From Fidelibacterota bacterium (GTDB lineage: Bacteria; Fidelibacterota; UBA2242), in contig JBNGDF010000008.1 of NCBI GenBank assembly GCA_049975265.1, forward strand, positions 32,001 through 96,000: 64,000 bases of DNA. The letters are read 5' to 3'. Positions 38,363 to 48,153 of this stretch are shown here, one piece after another. Every line of letters starts with the position of its first letter. Within the stretch, counting starts at the first letter, position 1. Below the pieces are notes generated by a model, which was not told the DNA's origin, ran no database searches, and saw nothing but the letters and a program-made list of their open reading frames with translations. A program made the position numbers and the translations under genes.

Positions 38363-39973
38363 ATGAAAGAGAGAGTAATTCAAAAAGGAATCCGGATGAC
38401 ATTGGCAGGAATTCTGGTTCTGTTACTTCAGGCATGCAGCAGTTCGACTCCGCCCTATTTCAATGTGTGCGACTTCGGAGCGATAGCCGACGGAGTAACG
38501 AAAAATACCGAAGCGATTAAAAGAGCCATCGACGCTACCGCCGCCGCGGGAGGCGGAACGGTCCACTTTCCAGCGGGAACCTATCTGACGGGTCCGATTC
38601 ACCTCAAGAGCAATGTCACAATTCATGTCGACGCCGGCGCCGTACTGAAGTTCAGTAAAGATTTCGATGATTATTTACCAATGGTGATTTCACGCTGGGA
38701 AGGTACTACCGGAATGAATTTTTCGCCTCTGTTTTACGGGTACCAACTCGAGAATGTCACCATCGAGGGACGCGGATTGCTGGACGGACAGGGAGAAGTC
38801 TGGTGGGAGTTCTATGGAAATCTGAGAAAGGAGTACAAAGAGTATGGAGAGGTACGAACCCACTCCAGGTGGCAAGAAATGCACCGGGAAGCGAACAAAA
38901 ATACTCTCCAACCCGATACCTGGATGTGGGATAACAATAATTTTCTGCGCCCGCCCTTTATTCAGTTTTATGATTGTAAAAATGTCCAGATCAAAGATGT
39001 TACCATCATCAATTCACCATTCTGGACCGTGAATCCGGAACTCTGCGATAATGTGACGATTACCGGAATTACCATCAAAAATCCGGCGGATTCCTATAAT
39101 ACCGACGGAATCAATCCCGGCTCCTGTACCAATGTTCATATTTCCAATTGTCATATCTCCGTGGGTGATGATTGTATTACCCTCAAATCGGGGCGTGATG
39201 AGGACGGTCACCGGATTGGACGTCCGGCGGAAAATATTACCATTACCAATTGCACCATGCTGAACGGACATGGCGGGGTGGTGATCGGCAGTGAGATGTC
39301 AGCCGATGTGCGTAAGGTGACGATTTCGAACTGCATATTTGACGGAACCGACCGGGGTATCCGGATCAAGTCGATGCGGGGACGCGGTGGTATCGTCGAG
39401 GAAATCCGGGTTTCCAACATCGTCATGAAAAATATTCAGCTGGAGGCAATTAAAATGAATATGGAGTATCAGAAAACCGAGCCCGAACCGGTCTCCGAGC
39501 GAACGCCCCGTTTTCGGAATATCCATATCAGCAATGTCACCGCCAGCCAGACCAGACAAGCCGCCAATCTGCTGGGACTGGATGAAATGTCCATTCAGGA
39601 TGTAACCTTTACAAATATTAATATGGACGCCCGCAGGGGATTTGAATTCAGGAATGTCGATGATATCGAATTTCACCATGTCACGATCAACGCCGAAACC
39701 GGACCGGCTTTTATGGGATCAGACGTGAACAATCTGGAAATGAACGGTGTGAAGACACAATATCTGAAAAACGGAGCGCCGGTGGTTCATCTGGAAAATG
39801 TCCGCAATGCCTATATTCACGGCGCCAATCCATTGCCGGGTACCGAAAAATATCTGTCGGTCAATGGAGATAAATCCAATAATATTGTTGTCACCGGCAA
39901 TAATTTTCAGCATGTTAAAAATCCGGTTGTGTTGGGAAATGGGGTTCCGTCTCAGGCGGTTATTCAGAAATAG
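38363..39973 (+). CDS. Polygalacturonase, GH28, probable lipoprotein
   Basis: NTDG, GDDCI, GHGG, RIKS catalytic motifs; lipobox LQAC; AGGAG RBS. Confidence 0.95.
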   Translation: MKERVIQKGIRMTLAGILVLLLQACSSSTPPYFNVCDFGAIADGVTKNTEAIKRAIDATAAAGGGTVHFPAGTYLTGPIHLKSNVTIHVDAGAVLKFSKDFDDYLPMVISRWEGTTGMNFSPLFYGYQLENVTIEGRGLLDGQGEVWWEFYGNLRKEYKEYGEVRTHSRWQEMHREANKNTLQPDTWMWDNNNFLRPPFIQFYDCKNVQIKDVTIINSPFWTVNPELCDNVTITGITIKNPADSYNTDGINPGSCTNVHISNCHISVGDDCITLKSGRDEDGHRIGRPAENITITNCTMLNGHGGVVIGSEMSADVRKVTISNCIFDGTDRGIRIKSMRGRGGIVEEIRVSNIVMKNIQLEAIKMNMEYQKTEPEPVSERTPRFRNIHISNVTASQTRQAANLLGLDEMSIQDVTFTNINMDARRGFEFRNVDDIEFHHVTINAETGPAFMGSDVNNLEMNGVKTQYLKNGAPVVHLENVRNAYIHGANPLPGTEKYLSVNGDKSNNIVVTGNNFQHVKNPVVLGNGVPSQAVIQK

Positions 39974-40063
39974 GGATGACAGAGCCGCACCGTAACTCCT
40001 TCGGTTGACCTGTTTGCGACGTACTGATTCACAAAAAAAGTGCTGTGAGACGATGAAAAGTGA

Positions 40064-40105
40064 TTGCATCTGCCCGGGCGTTTTTGTAAACTTGGTATAC
40101 CAGGT
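40064..40105 (+). promoter_or_regulatory. sigma70-like promoter followed by UxuR/ExuR-like GntR operator
   Basis: TTGCAT(40064)-N17-TAAACT(40087); perfect palindrome TGGTATACCA at 40093-40102. Confidence 0.65.
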
Positions 40106-40148
40106 ATGCTTGGCAAGTTAACATGTGAAATCACACTTTAGAAAAACC

Positions 40149-41261
40149 ATGATTGATCTGAACAATCCGGAACCACTCTACCGACAAGTTGCTGCCGATA
40201 TCCGCACCAGAATTATCTCCGGCGAACTGGTTGCCGGCGACCGGATCGGATCGCAGCAGGAGCTGACCAAAATCTATAACGTCAGTCCTATTACCGTCAA
40301 AAAGGCGGTGGCGGAGCTGATTCGCGAGGGCGTCCTTTTCAGCCGCGTCGGCAAGGGCATCTATGTGGCGGCTCCCCGGAAACGGGTGGATTTTTCCAAA
40401 ACCCAGACCATCGGTTTTGTGCTCAGAGATTTGAACAGCCCGTTCTTTTCGCGAATTCTGACGAGTGTGGAGCGGACGGTTTCGGATAACCGCTACAATC
40501 TTCTTTTGGCGAACTCCACCGATCGTTCCGACATCGAGGACGAGCAGCTGCGGCACTTTCTGAATCTGGGGGTCAGCGGAATCATCATCGCCTCCATGAG
40601 TCACCACTATTCTGCCACGCCGCTGATCCGCCAGCTTAGCCATGATAACTATCCGGTGGTGGTGGTCTCATACATTGACGATGAGGACATCTGTTTTATC
40701 GGTACGGATCATGAGACCGGCGGCTACATTGCCACGGAACATCTGATCCAGTGTGGCTACCGGCGCATCGGTTATATCAACGGCGAGCCGGGCAACCGGG
40801 TAGGGGAACTGCGCTTCGAGGGGTATCGGAAAGCGCTTGCCGACCATGGATTGAATTATCAACCGGAGGATATTTACCGTTTGCAGCATTGCGGCGAGGC
40901 ATACGATTATCAATCGGGGTATGAGATCGGTGAACAGTATTTGCGACAGATGAGCCGGGCGGAAGCGCTTTTTGTTTACAATGATTTGGCGGCGCTGGGA
41001 TTTCAGAGAGCCGTGCTGGATGCCGGACGGAAGGTTCCCGAAGATGTGGCAATCGTCGGCTTTGACGATATCAAGCGGGGTGTCACGGCACCGGTCCCGC
41101 TGACAACCATTCACCAGCCTACCGATGAGATCGGGCTACTGGCGGTGAAGACGTTACTTGCCAAAATCAATAATCAGCCGGTCAGAATGCGTCAGATTCT
41201 GAAACCCACGCTGGTGATCAGAGAATCCTGTGGTATGCAGAAGAGAAATAAATCAGGATAA
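40149..41261 (+). CDS. GntR-HTH/LacI-effector-domain chimeric regulator (AraR-type)
   Basis: PLYRQV..VSPITVKKAVAEL..GKGIYV wHTH fused to periplasmic-binding-protein-like domain (NDLAALG, VGFDDI, PLTTIHQP). Confidence 0.93.
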   Translation: MIDLNNPEPLYRQVAADIRTRIISGELVAGDRIGSQQELTKIYNVSPITVKKAVAELIREGVLFSRVGKGIYVAAPRKRVDFSKTQTIGFVLRDLNSPFFSRILTSVERTVSDNRYNLLLANSTDRSDIEDEQLRHFLNLGVSGIIIASMSHHYSATPLIRQLSHDNYPVVVVSYIDDEDICFIGTDHETGGYIATEHLIQCGYRRIGYINGEPGNRVGELRFEGYRKALADHGLNYQPEDIYRLQHCGEAYDYQSGYEIGEQYLRQMSRAEALFVYNDLAALGFQRAVLDAGRKVPEDVAIVGFDDIKRGVTAPVPLTTIHQPTDEIGLLAVKTLLAKINNQPVRMRQILKPTLVIRESCGMQKRNKSG

Positions 41262-41279
41262 AATTTGGAGGGTGATGCG

Positions 41280-42482
41280 ATGTATAAACATGGTCTGGTT
41301 TCAATCCTTATCGTTGGATTATTTGCCTGCAGCCCGACACAGAAAATGGTCACGGTACGGATAAAGAACACAACGAATCTGCAGCGTCAGGATGCGCTGG
41401 TTGCCATTGATCTCGAAAAATTATCTCAACCGGGATTAACGGATAAACCGGTTGTCGTTGAAGCCGGGCATGAAGATATCCCGGTGCAAGAATTTGGGAA
41501 TGAATTGTATCTGGTGGTCGATTTGGAGCCGATGGAGGAGAAGTCACTGACACTCCGGGTGGTCAGGGATGTTCCTCACTATCCGCAGCGTGCGCACGCC
41601 GAACTGTCCCGTAAAACCGGTGGTCGTTTCGAGGGAAGTCTCTACGTCGGCGGCACTTTCGAGAAGGTGACCGACGAAGTTATTCCGCCGGAACACGCGA
41701 TTCACGATAACTATTATCGCTATGAAGGACCGGGCTGGGAGTCCGACCGGGTCGGCTATCGCTATTATCTGGATGAGCGCAACCGGATTGACATTTTCGG
41801 AAAGAGAGTGACCCGGATAGTGCTGCCCGAGGTAGGTCTGGACGGGCTGGATTCCTATCATGAACTCTCGGAGTGGGGCGCCGATATCTTTAAAGTAGGT
41901 GAATCGCTGGGAATCGGTTCGGTGGGCACTTTTATTGATGGTAAGGTTTGCCAGGTCAATCAGACCGACAGTACGCGGGTCCGGATTGTTACCGACGGTC
42001 CCGTTTGGGCGGAGGTTCAGACCGATTATTACGGATGGCAGCTGGATCAACACAAGCTCCATCTGGAATCTCATTTGGCAATTCACGCCGGAACCCGGCT
42101 GACCCGGCACAAACTCTGCATTCATAACGGTTTGGAAAATCTCGTCACCGGTTTGGTCAAAACGGAGGGTTGTTCTTACATCGAAGGAGTACTGCACGAC
42201 AATTCCTCCGGCTGGAACTACATTGCGCTGTGGGGCAGGCAGAGCCTGATGGGAGACAATCTGGGCACGGCAATTTTTTATCGGGAAGCGGATTTAATCG
42301 AGATTACCGAAGATGAGCTCAATTATCTGGTCGTCCTGAAACCGACAGACAGTCGTCTGACGTACTATTTTGCCGCTGCCTGGGAAGCCGAGCCCAACGG
42401 AATCAAAAGCGAAGGGGAATTTACCGATTATCTGGGGCAAACAGTCATGGAATTGAACAACCCCGTTAAGGTGATGTATTAA
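41280..42482 (+). CDS. DUF4861-like lipoprotein (pectin locus associated)
   Basis: Lipobox LFAC; EGPGWESDRVGYR.Y, IDIFGK, YH...WG.DIFKVG.SLGIG. Confidence 0.8.
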   Translation: MYKHGLVSILIVGLFACSPTQKMVTVRIKNTTNLQRQDALVAIDLEKLSQPGLTDKPVVVEAGHEDIPVQEFGNELYLVVDLEPMEEKSLTLRVVRDVPHYPQRAHAELSRKTGGRFEGSLYVGGTFEKVTDEVIPPEHAIHDNYYRYEGPGWESDRVGYRYYLDERNRIDIFGKRVTRIVLPEVGLDGLDSYHELSEWGADIFKVGESLGIGSVGTFIDGKVCQVNQTDSTRVRIVTDGPVWAEVQTDYYGWQLDQHKLHLESHLAIHAGTRLTRHKLCIHNGLENLVTGLVKTEGCSYIEGVLHDNSSGWNYIALWGRQSLMGDNLGTAIFYREADLIEITEDELNYLVVLKPTDSRLTYYFAAAWEAEPNGIKSEGEFTDYLGQTVMELNNPVKVMY

Positions 42483-42495
42483 TAAAGGAGTTGCA

Positions 42496-43326
42496 ATGAA
42501 GGTACGATATTTAGCAGACCCGCAACGTTTTCCCCGCATGACGACAAAGGAGCTGCGGGAGACCTTTCTGGTGGAGAATCTTTTTCAAGCAGGCAAACTG
42601 GAAATGCTCTACAGCGACACAGAGCGGGCAGTAGTGGCGGGTGTCGTTCCCACTGTTGAACCGCTGGAGCTGCCCGGAGGGAAAGAGCTGGCGAGTGATT
42701 ATTTTGCACAGCGCCGGGAAGCAGGGGTAATCAATATCGGCGCAACGGGAACGGTGACGGTTGACGGTGAATCATATCATTTGTCAAAGCTCGATTGTCT
42801 CTACATCGGTCGCGGTGCGAAGCAGATACACTTTATGAGTGACGACTCGAAAAATCCGGCGGAATTTTACCTGCTCAGTTATCCGGCGCACCGCGATTAT
42901 CCGACGAAACTGATTCACAAAGCGGAAGCGAATCAGGTGGCGCTGGGAGGGCTGAAAACATCGAATGAGCGGATTATCTATCAATACATTCGCCCCGGCG
43001 TGGCGGAGAGCTGTCAACTGGTGATGGGTTTGACATTGCTTGCTGAGGGCAGTGTCTGGAATACCTTCCCGCCGCATACCCATGCCCGACGGACTGAGAT
43101 TTACCTCTATTTTGGTCTCGGTGCGGATGAGCGTGTCTTTCACATGATGGGTTTGCCGTCAGAGACACGGCATCTGGTGATGAGAAACAGGGAGGCGGTG
43201 CTGTCACCCAGCTGGTCAATTCACGCCGGCGCCGGTTCCGGCAATTACGGTTTTATCTGGGGCATGGGGGGTGAAAATCAGGAGTTTGACGATATGGATC
43301 ATGTCAACATTGACGAAATCCGATAG
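42496..43326 (+). CDS. kduI: 5-dehydro-4-deoxy-D-glucuronate isomerase
   Basis: RREAGVINIG, SCQLVMGLT, WNTFPPHTHARRTE, SPSWSIHAG, MGGENQEFDDMD. Confidence 0.96.
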   Translation: MKVRYLADPQRFPRMTTKELRETFLVENLFQAGKLEMLYSDTERAVVAGVVPTVEPLELPGGKELASDYFAQRREAGVINIGATGTVTVDGESYHLSKLDCLYIGRGAKQIHFMSDDSKNPAEFYLLSYPAHRDYPTKLIHKAEANQVALGGLKTSNERIIYQYIRPGVAESCQLVMGLTLLAEGSVWNTFPPHTHARRTEIYLYFGLGADERVFHMMGLPSETRHLVMRNREAVLSPSWSIHAGAGSGNYGFIWGMGGENQEFDDMDHVNIDEIR

Positions 43327-43344
43327 CAGTGGAGACGGGAATTT

Positions 43345-44340
43345 ATGATCATTGAAGAACGTGCCTATGCCCGCGCCGGATTACTGGGTAATCCCTCGGA
43401 CGGCTATTTCGGGAAGACCATCTCCGTAATTGTCCGCAATTTCGGGGCGCATATCCAGCTCTGGGAGTCGCCGTCGCTCTGCATCCAGGCAGCCGTCAGT
43501 GAAGCGCCGCGGTACCGGAACCTGAACGAGCTGTTGGAGCAGACGACCGCCTTAGGCTACTATGGTGGCGAGCGCCTGATCAAGGCGGCGATTGTCACCT
43601 TTGCCGAATATTGCCGGGAGCAGGACATTGCCCTGGAGAATAAAAATTTCACCCTGCAGTTTCATTCCAGTATCCCGCGGCAGGTAGGACTGGCTGGCTC
43701 CAGTGCTATTGTGACGGCGACCATGAAGGCGCTGCTGCGCTTTTTCAATGTCCGTATTCCGAAAGCCTTTCTGCCGACGCTTATACTGCGGGCGGAGACG
43801 GAGCAGCTGGGCATTAATGCCGGGCTGCAGGACCGGGTGGTTCAGGTCTACGAAGGCTGCGTCTATATGGATTTTAACCGGGAGCAGATGAAAAAAAAAC
43901 AGCATGGCATCTATCAGAAAATCGATGTCGAAAAACTGCCCAGGCTGTACATCGCTTACAAGACCCGTCTAAGCAAAGTATCCGGAAAGGTACTGAATAT
44001 CATCCGACTTAAGTATGAACAGAAAGACCCGGCGGTTCTGAGGGCTCTGGATGAGATCGCCGGTCTGGCGGAAGCCGGTCGTGCGGCGCTTGAATCGGGT
44101 CGGACGGAGGAGCTCTTTGAGCTGCTGAACCGGAATTTCGATCTGCGGCGTTCGATTATGCCGATCAATGCATCCAATCTGGAACTGGTGGAGACGGCAC
44201 GGGCATGTGGTGCTTCGGCAAAATTCGCCGGTTCCGGCGGATCCATTATTGGAACGTACAGGGATGACGCCATGCTGAACCGGCTGATTTTGGGGCTGAA
44301 GCGAATTGATGCGCGGGTCATTAAACCGTTTATTCTATAG
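43345..44340 (+). CDS. GHMP kinase resembling plant glucuronokinase
   Basis: ARAGLLGNPSDGYFGKTIS, GYYGG, IPRQVGLAGSSA, AGLQDRVVQVYEG, KFAGSGG. Confidence 0.88.
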   Translation: MIIEERAYARAGLLGNPSDGYFGKTISVIVRNFGAHIQLWESPSLCIQAAVSEAPRYRNLNELLEQTTALGYYGGERLIKAAIVTFAEYCREQDIALENKNFTLQFHSSIPRQVGLAGSSAIVTATMKALLRFFNVRIPKAFLPTLILRAETEQLGINAGLQDRVVQVYEGCVYMDFNREQMKKKQHGIYQKIDVEKLPRLYIAYKTRLSKVSGKVLNIIRLKYEQKDPAVLRALDEIAGLAEAGRAALESGRTEELFELLNRNFDLRRSIMPINASNLELVETARACGASAKFAGSGGSIIGTYRDDAMLNRLILGLKRIDARVIKPFIL

Positions 44341-44352
44341 GAGAAGATAAAC

Positions 44353-45234
44353 ATGGTTCGGAAAGCAGTTATACCGGCGGCGGGATTGGGCACCCGGTTT
44401 TTACCGGTCACCAAAGCGCAACCCAAGGAGATGTTGCCGATCATTGATACACCGACGATCCAGTATGTGGTTCAGGAGGCGATAGATGCCGGCATTGAGG
44501 ATATTCTGATTATTTCAGGAAAAGGAAAACGGGCGATTGAGGATCATTTTGATCGCAGCCCGGAGCTGGAATTATTGTTAAATCAGAAGGGCAAGACGGA
44601 GCAATTTTACGAGGTCAGTCGTCTGGGTGAAATGGCGAATATTCACTTCATCCGGCAGAAGGAGCTGAAGGGGCTCGGCGATGCCATCTCCTATGCCCGT
44701 CAGCACACCGGTGATGAACCCTTTGTAGTGATGCTGGGCGACACGATTATCGATTCGGTTATTCCCGTTACCCAGCAGCTGATTGATGTCTACAACCAGT
44801 TTTGTCAAAGTGTGATTGCCGTGGAGGAGGTGGCGCCGGAAAAGGTTGGTCGTTACGGAATTATCGCCGGTAAGGCAATTGACGAGCGCACCTATCAGCT
44901 GACCGGCATTGTGGAGAAGCCGAAGCCCGCCGACAGCCCTTCTAATCTGGCGGTAGCGGGGCGCTACATTCTGACGCCGGAGGTGTATTCGATTCTGGAT
45001 GACCTGCCACCCGGTGTCAATGATGAGATTCAGCTCACCGATGCCTTGCAAATTCTGTTGAAACGGGAGAACATCTACGCTTATCGCTTTGAGGGACGGC
45101 GCCATGATATCGGCAACAAGCTGGATTATCTGAAAACCACGGTGGAATACGCCTTGAAACGGGCGGAATTCGACGAACCATTTATGGAATTTTTAAAAGC
45201 AGTCGTAGCCAGGGAGAAAAATGATGAATCCTGA
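44353..45234 (+). CDS. galU: UTP-glucose-1-phosphate uridylyltransferase family
   Basis: KAVIPAAGLGTRFLPVTKAQPKEMLP, GLGDA, VEKP, EIQLTDA. Confidence 0.94.
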   Translation: MVRKAVIPAAGLGTRFLPVTKAQPKEMLPIIDTPTIQYVVQEAIDAGIEDILIISGKGKRAIEDHFDRSPELELLLNQKGKTEQFYEVSRLGEMANIHFIRQKELKGLGDAISYARQHTGDEPFVVMLGDTIIDSVIPVTQQLIDVYNQFCQSVIAVEEVAPEKVGRYGIIAGKAIDERTYQLTGIVEKPKPADSPSNLAVAGRYILTPEVYSILDDLPPGVNDEIQLTDALQILLKRENIYAYRFEGRRHDIGNKLDYLKTTVEYALKRAEFDEPFMEFLKAVVAREKNDES

Positions 45235-46624
45235 TCGTTTTTTTGATGCCGATGAAAATGTTCGCAAAATTGCACGTGAGTTGTATGCCGAGGTGAGAGA
45301 CCTGCCGCTGATCAGCCCGCACGGTCATGTGGACCCGAAACTGTTTGCCGGGAATCAACCCTTTCCGGACCCGGCAGAGCTCTTTATTATCCCCGATCAT
45401 TATATCTTCCGAATGCTCTATTCGCAAGGTATTGCGCTGGAGTCACTGGGGATTCCGCGACGGGATGGATCGGTGGACGAGACCGACCGGCGCAAGGTCT
45501 GGCGGATTTTTGCGGAAAATTATTATCTCTTTGCCGGAACCCCCAGCGGCATCTGGCTGAATCATGAACTGCGTGAGCTGTTTGGTATTCAGGAAAAGCT
45601 CAACGGTACGAATGCCGATGACATATTCGATCGGATTCAGGCGAAATTAGCGACGCCGGAGTATCTGCCCCGGGCGCTGTACGACCGCTTCAATCTGGAG
45701 GTGCTGACTACCACGGACAATCCCTGGGATTCGCTGAGTTATCACCGGCAGATCAAAGATTCCGATTGGGACGGAGAAATCGTACCCTGTTTCCGACCGG
45801 ACGGCGTGACCGATATCAGTCGGGAGGACTGGCAGGCTAATATCGAGAAACTATCCAAAGCCAGCGGAATCTGGATTACCAGTTACCGGCAGCTGATCCG
45901 GGCGCTGGAGGATCGGCGCGCCTTTTTCAAGTCTATGGGGGCGGTCTCCACGGATCACGGTGTTAAGGAGGCACTGACGCTGCGCCTTTCCGATGAAGAA
46001 GCCGACCGCATTTTTCAGAAGGCGCTGAAGGGAAATGTTTCTGTCGACGATGCGCGGATCTTTACAGCGCATATGCTGATGGAGATGGCGCGGATGAGCT
46101 GCGATGACGGATTGATCATGCATCTGCATGCCGGGGCATTGCGCAATCACAACGAACGGATTTTTAAGAAATTCGGTCCCGATAAGGGCGCCGACATACC
46201 GATCGCTTCGGAATTTACGGTGAATCTGAAACCGTTACTGAATGCTTACGGCAGTGAACGTAATTTTCACCTGATTCTCTTTACTCTTGATGAATCCACC
46301 TATTCCCGGGAACTGGCGCCGCTGGCGGGGCATTATCCGGCGCTGCGACTGGGTCCAGCCTGGTGGTTTCACGACAGCGTTCAGGGGATGATTCGATTTC
46401 GGGAACGGACACTGGAGACCGCCGGCGTCTACAATATGATCGGATTTATTGATGATACCCGGGCGTTTCCCTCCATTCCTGCCCGTCACGATCTGGCGCG
46501 CCGTATCGACAGTAACTATCTGGCGGGTCTGGTGGCGAAGCATATTATCGATATGGCGGATGCCCAAAAAATGAATTATGCCCTGGCATACGGACTCTCC
46601 AGGGAAATGTATCGTAAACAATGA
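45221..46624 (+). CDS. uxaC: Uronate isomerase
   Basis: ISPHGHVD, PDHYIFRMLYSQG, STDHG, RELAPLAGHYP, WWFHDS, DDTRAF.SIPARHD. Confidence 0.96.
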   Translation: MMNPDRFFDADENVRKIARELYAEVRDLPLISPHGHVDPKLFAGNQPFPDPAELFIIPDHYIFRMLYSQGIALESLGIPRRDGSVDETDRRKVWRIFAENYYLFAGTPSGIWLNHELRELFGIQEKLNGTNADDIFDRIQAKLATPEYLPRALYDRFNLEVLTTTDNPWDSLSYHRQIKDSDWDGEIVPCFRPDGVTDISREDWQANIEKLSKASGIWITSYRQLIRALEDRRAFFKSMGAVSTDHGVKEALTLRLSDEEADRIFQKALKGNVSVDDARIFTAHMLMEMARMSCDDGLIMHLHAGALRNHNERIFKKFGPDKGADIPIASEFTVNLKPLLNAYGSERNFHLILFTLDESTYSRELAPLAGHYPALRLGPAWWFHDSVQGMIRFRERTLETAGVYNMIGFIDDTRAFPSIPARHDLARRIDSNYLAGLVAKHIIDMADAQKMNYALAYGLSREMYRKQ

Positions 46625-46652
46625 ACCAGAGCGACGATGGAATGAGTAATCT

Positions 46653-47651
46653 ATGAAAAAGTATTTTTTACCTGGCTTTGTTCTTGGGTTGATGCTGATC
46701 CTGCTGCCTGCCTGCAGCCGGGACAGCCGCACAAAGGTAATCAAACTCGGACATGCGCTGAATGCCGATCATCCGGTCCATAAGGCAATGGTCTTCATGG
46801 CTGACCGGGTAAAAGAGAAATCCGACGGTCGGTTGCGCATTGATATCTATCCCAGTCAGCAATTGGGTACCGAGCGGGAGCTGGTGGAGCTGTTGCAAAT
46901 CGGCAGCCTGGGAATTACCAAGGTCTCGTCGGGTGTTATTGAGGGCTTTGTGCCGGTTCACAAAGTATTCGGTTTGCCCTATCTGTTTCGGGATGAAGAG
47001 CACCGCTTTTGCGTGCTGGAGGGTGAAGTCGGAAAGCAGATTTTACTGAGCAGTGAGCAGTACTGGCTGCGGGGGCTCTGCTATTATGACGCCGGCAGCC
47101 GCAGTTTTTATTCCAAAGACAAACCGATATTAACACCTGCTGATTTAGCCGGTTTGAAGGTGCGTACCATGAACAGCCCCACGGCGGTGGCGATGATCCA
47201 GCAGATGGGCGGCTCGGCGACACCGATCGCCTGGGGCGAGCTGTACACGGCATTGCAGCAGGGGGTCGTGGATGCAGCGGAGAACAATCCCCCTTCCTAT
47301 CACCTGTCGCGGCATTACGAAGTATGCAAACATTACTCTCTGGATGAACATACCTCCGTACCGGATGTGCTGCTGATCAGTACAATTATCTGGAACGACC
47401 TGACGCCGCAGGAGCAGCAGTGGCTGCAGGAGGCGGCGGATGAATCGGCACAGTATCAGAAGCAGCTCTGGAAGGAGGCTTGTGAATTTGCCCTTCAGGA
47501 GGTTCAGAAAAGTGGGGTAAAAGTCTACTATCCCGACAAGAGAGCATTTGCCGAAAAGGTAGCGCCTATTTATGAACGTTACCGTGATCAGCCGGAGCTC
47601 TATGAATTAATTCAAAAAATAAGGACGGAGAGTGATGGGAAACCGAATTAA
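46653..47651 (+). CDS. dctP: TRAP transporter substrate-binding lipoprotein
   Basis: Lipobox LPAC, QLGTERE, GLKVRTM, ELYTALQQGVVDAAENN. Confidence 0.94.
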   Translation: MKKYFLPGFVLGLMLILLPACSRDSRTKVIKLGHALNADHPVHKAMVFMADRVKEKSDGRLRIDIYPSQQLGTERELVELLQIGSLGITKVSSGVIEGFVPVHKVFGLPYLFRDEEHRFCVLEGEVGKQILLSSEQYWLRGLCYYDAGSRSFYSKDKPILTPADLAGLKVRTMNSPTAVAMIQQMGGSATPIAWGELYTALQQGVVDAAENNPPSYHLSRHYEVCKHYSLDEHTSVPDVLLISTIIWNDLTPQEQQWLQEAADESAQYQKQLWKEACEFALQEVQKSGVKVYYPDKRAFAEKVAPIYERYRDQPELYELIQKIRTESDGKPN

Positions 47652-48153
47652 AATATTTGTTGACCGCTGGTTAAGCCGGATTTTGATCGGTTTGATGGCG
47701 TTCAGCGTGTTGAATGTCCTCTGGCAGGTGTTGACGCGGTTTATCCTGAAGCATCCCAGCTCCTATACGGAAGAGCTGGCGCGGTTTTTACTGATCTGGG
47801 TCGGTATGCTTGGCGCCGCTTGGGCGTCCGGTCAGAAAATGCACCTGGCGATTGATTATTTTACCCTGAAGATGAAACCCGATCTGCAAAGGTTTGTTGG
47901 GCTTTTTATTCAGGTTGTGGTATTTCTGTTTGCTTTATTTGTAATGGTAATCGGCGGGCTGCGCCTAGTGACCATTACGCTCGCTCTCAATCAGACCTCG
48001 GCGGCACTGCAGATCAAACTGGGATATGTCTATGCGGTCGTACCGATCAGCGGGGTACTCATCATGTTTTACGCCGTGATGCTCTTCAGCGACTATTTGC
48101 GCGGCGGTGTCCAGGCTATAGCAGGAGCGGAGGGTAATGATGGCAGCAATTGA
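47635..48153 (+). CDS. dctQ: TRAP transporter small permease
   Basis: QVLTRF, YTEELAR, HLAID, 4 TM helices. Confidence 0.92.
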   Translation: MGNRIKIFVDRWLSRILIGLMAFSVLNVLWQVLTRFILKHPSSYTEELARFLLIWVGMLGAAWASGQKMHLAIDYFTLKMKPDLQRFVGLFIQVVVFLFALFVMVIGGLRLVTITLALNQTSAALQIKLGYVYAVVPISGVLIMFYAVMLFSDYLRGGVQAIAGAEGNDGSN

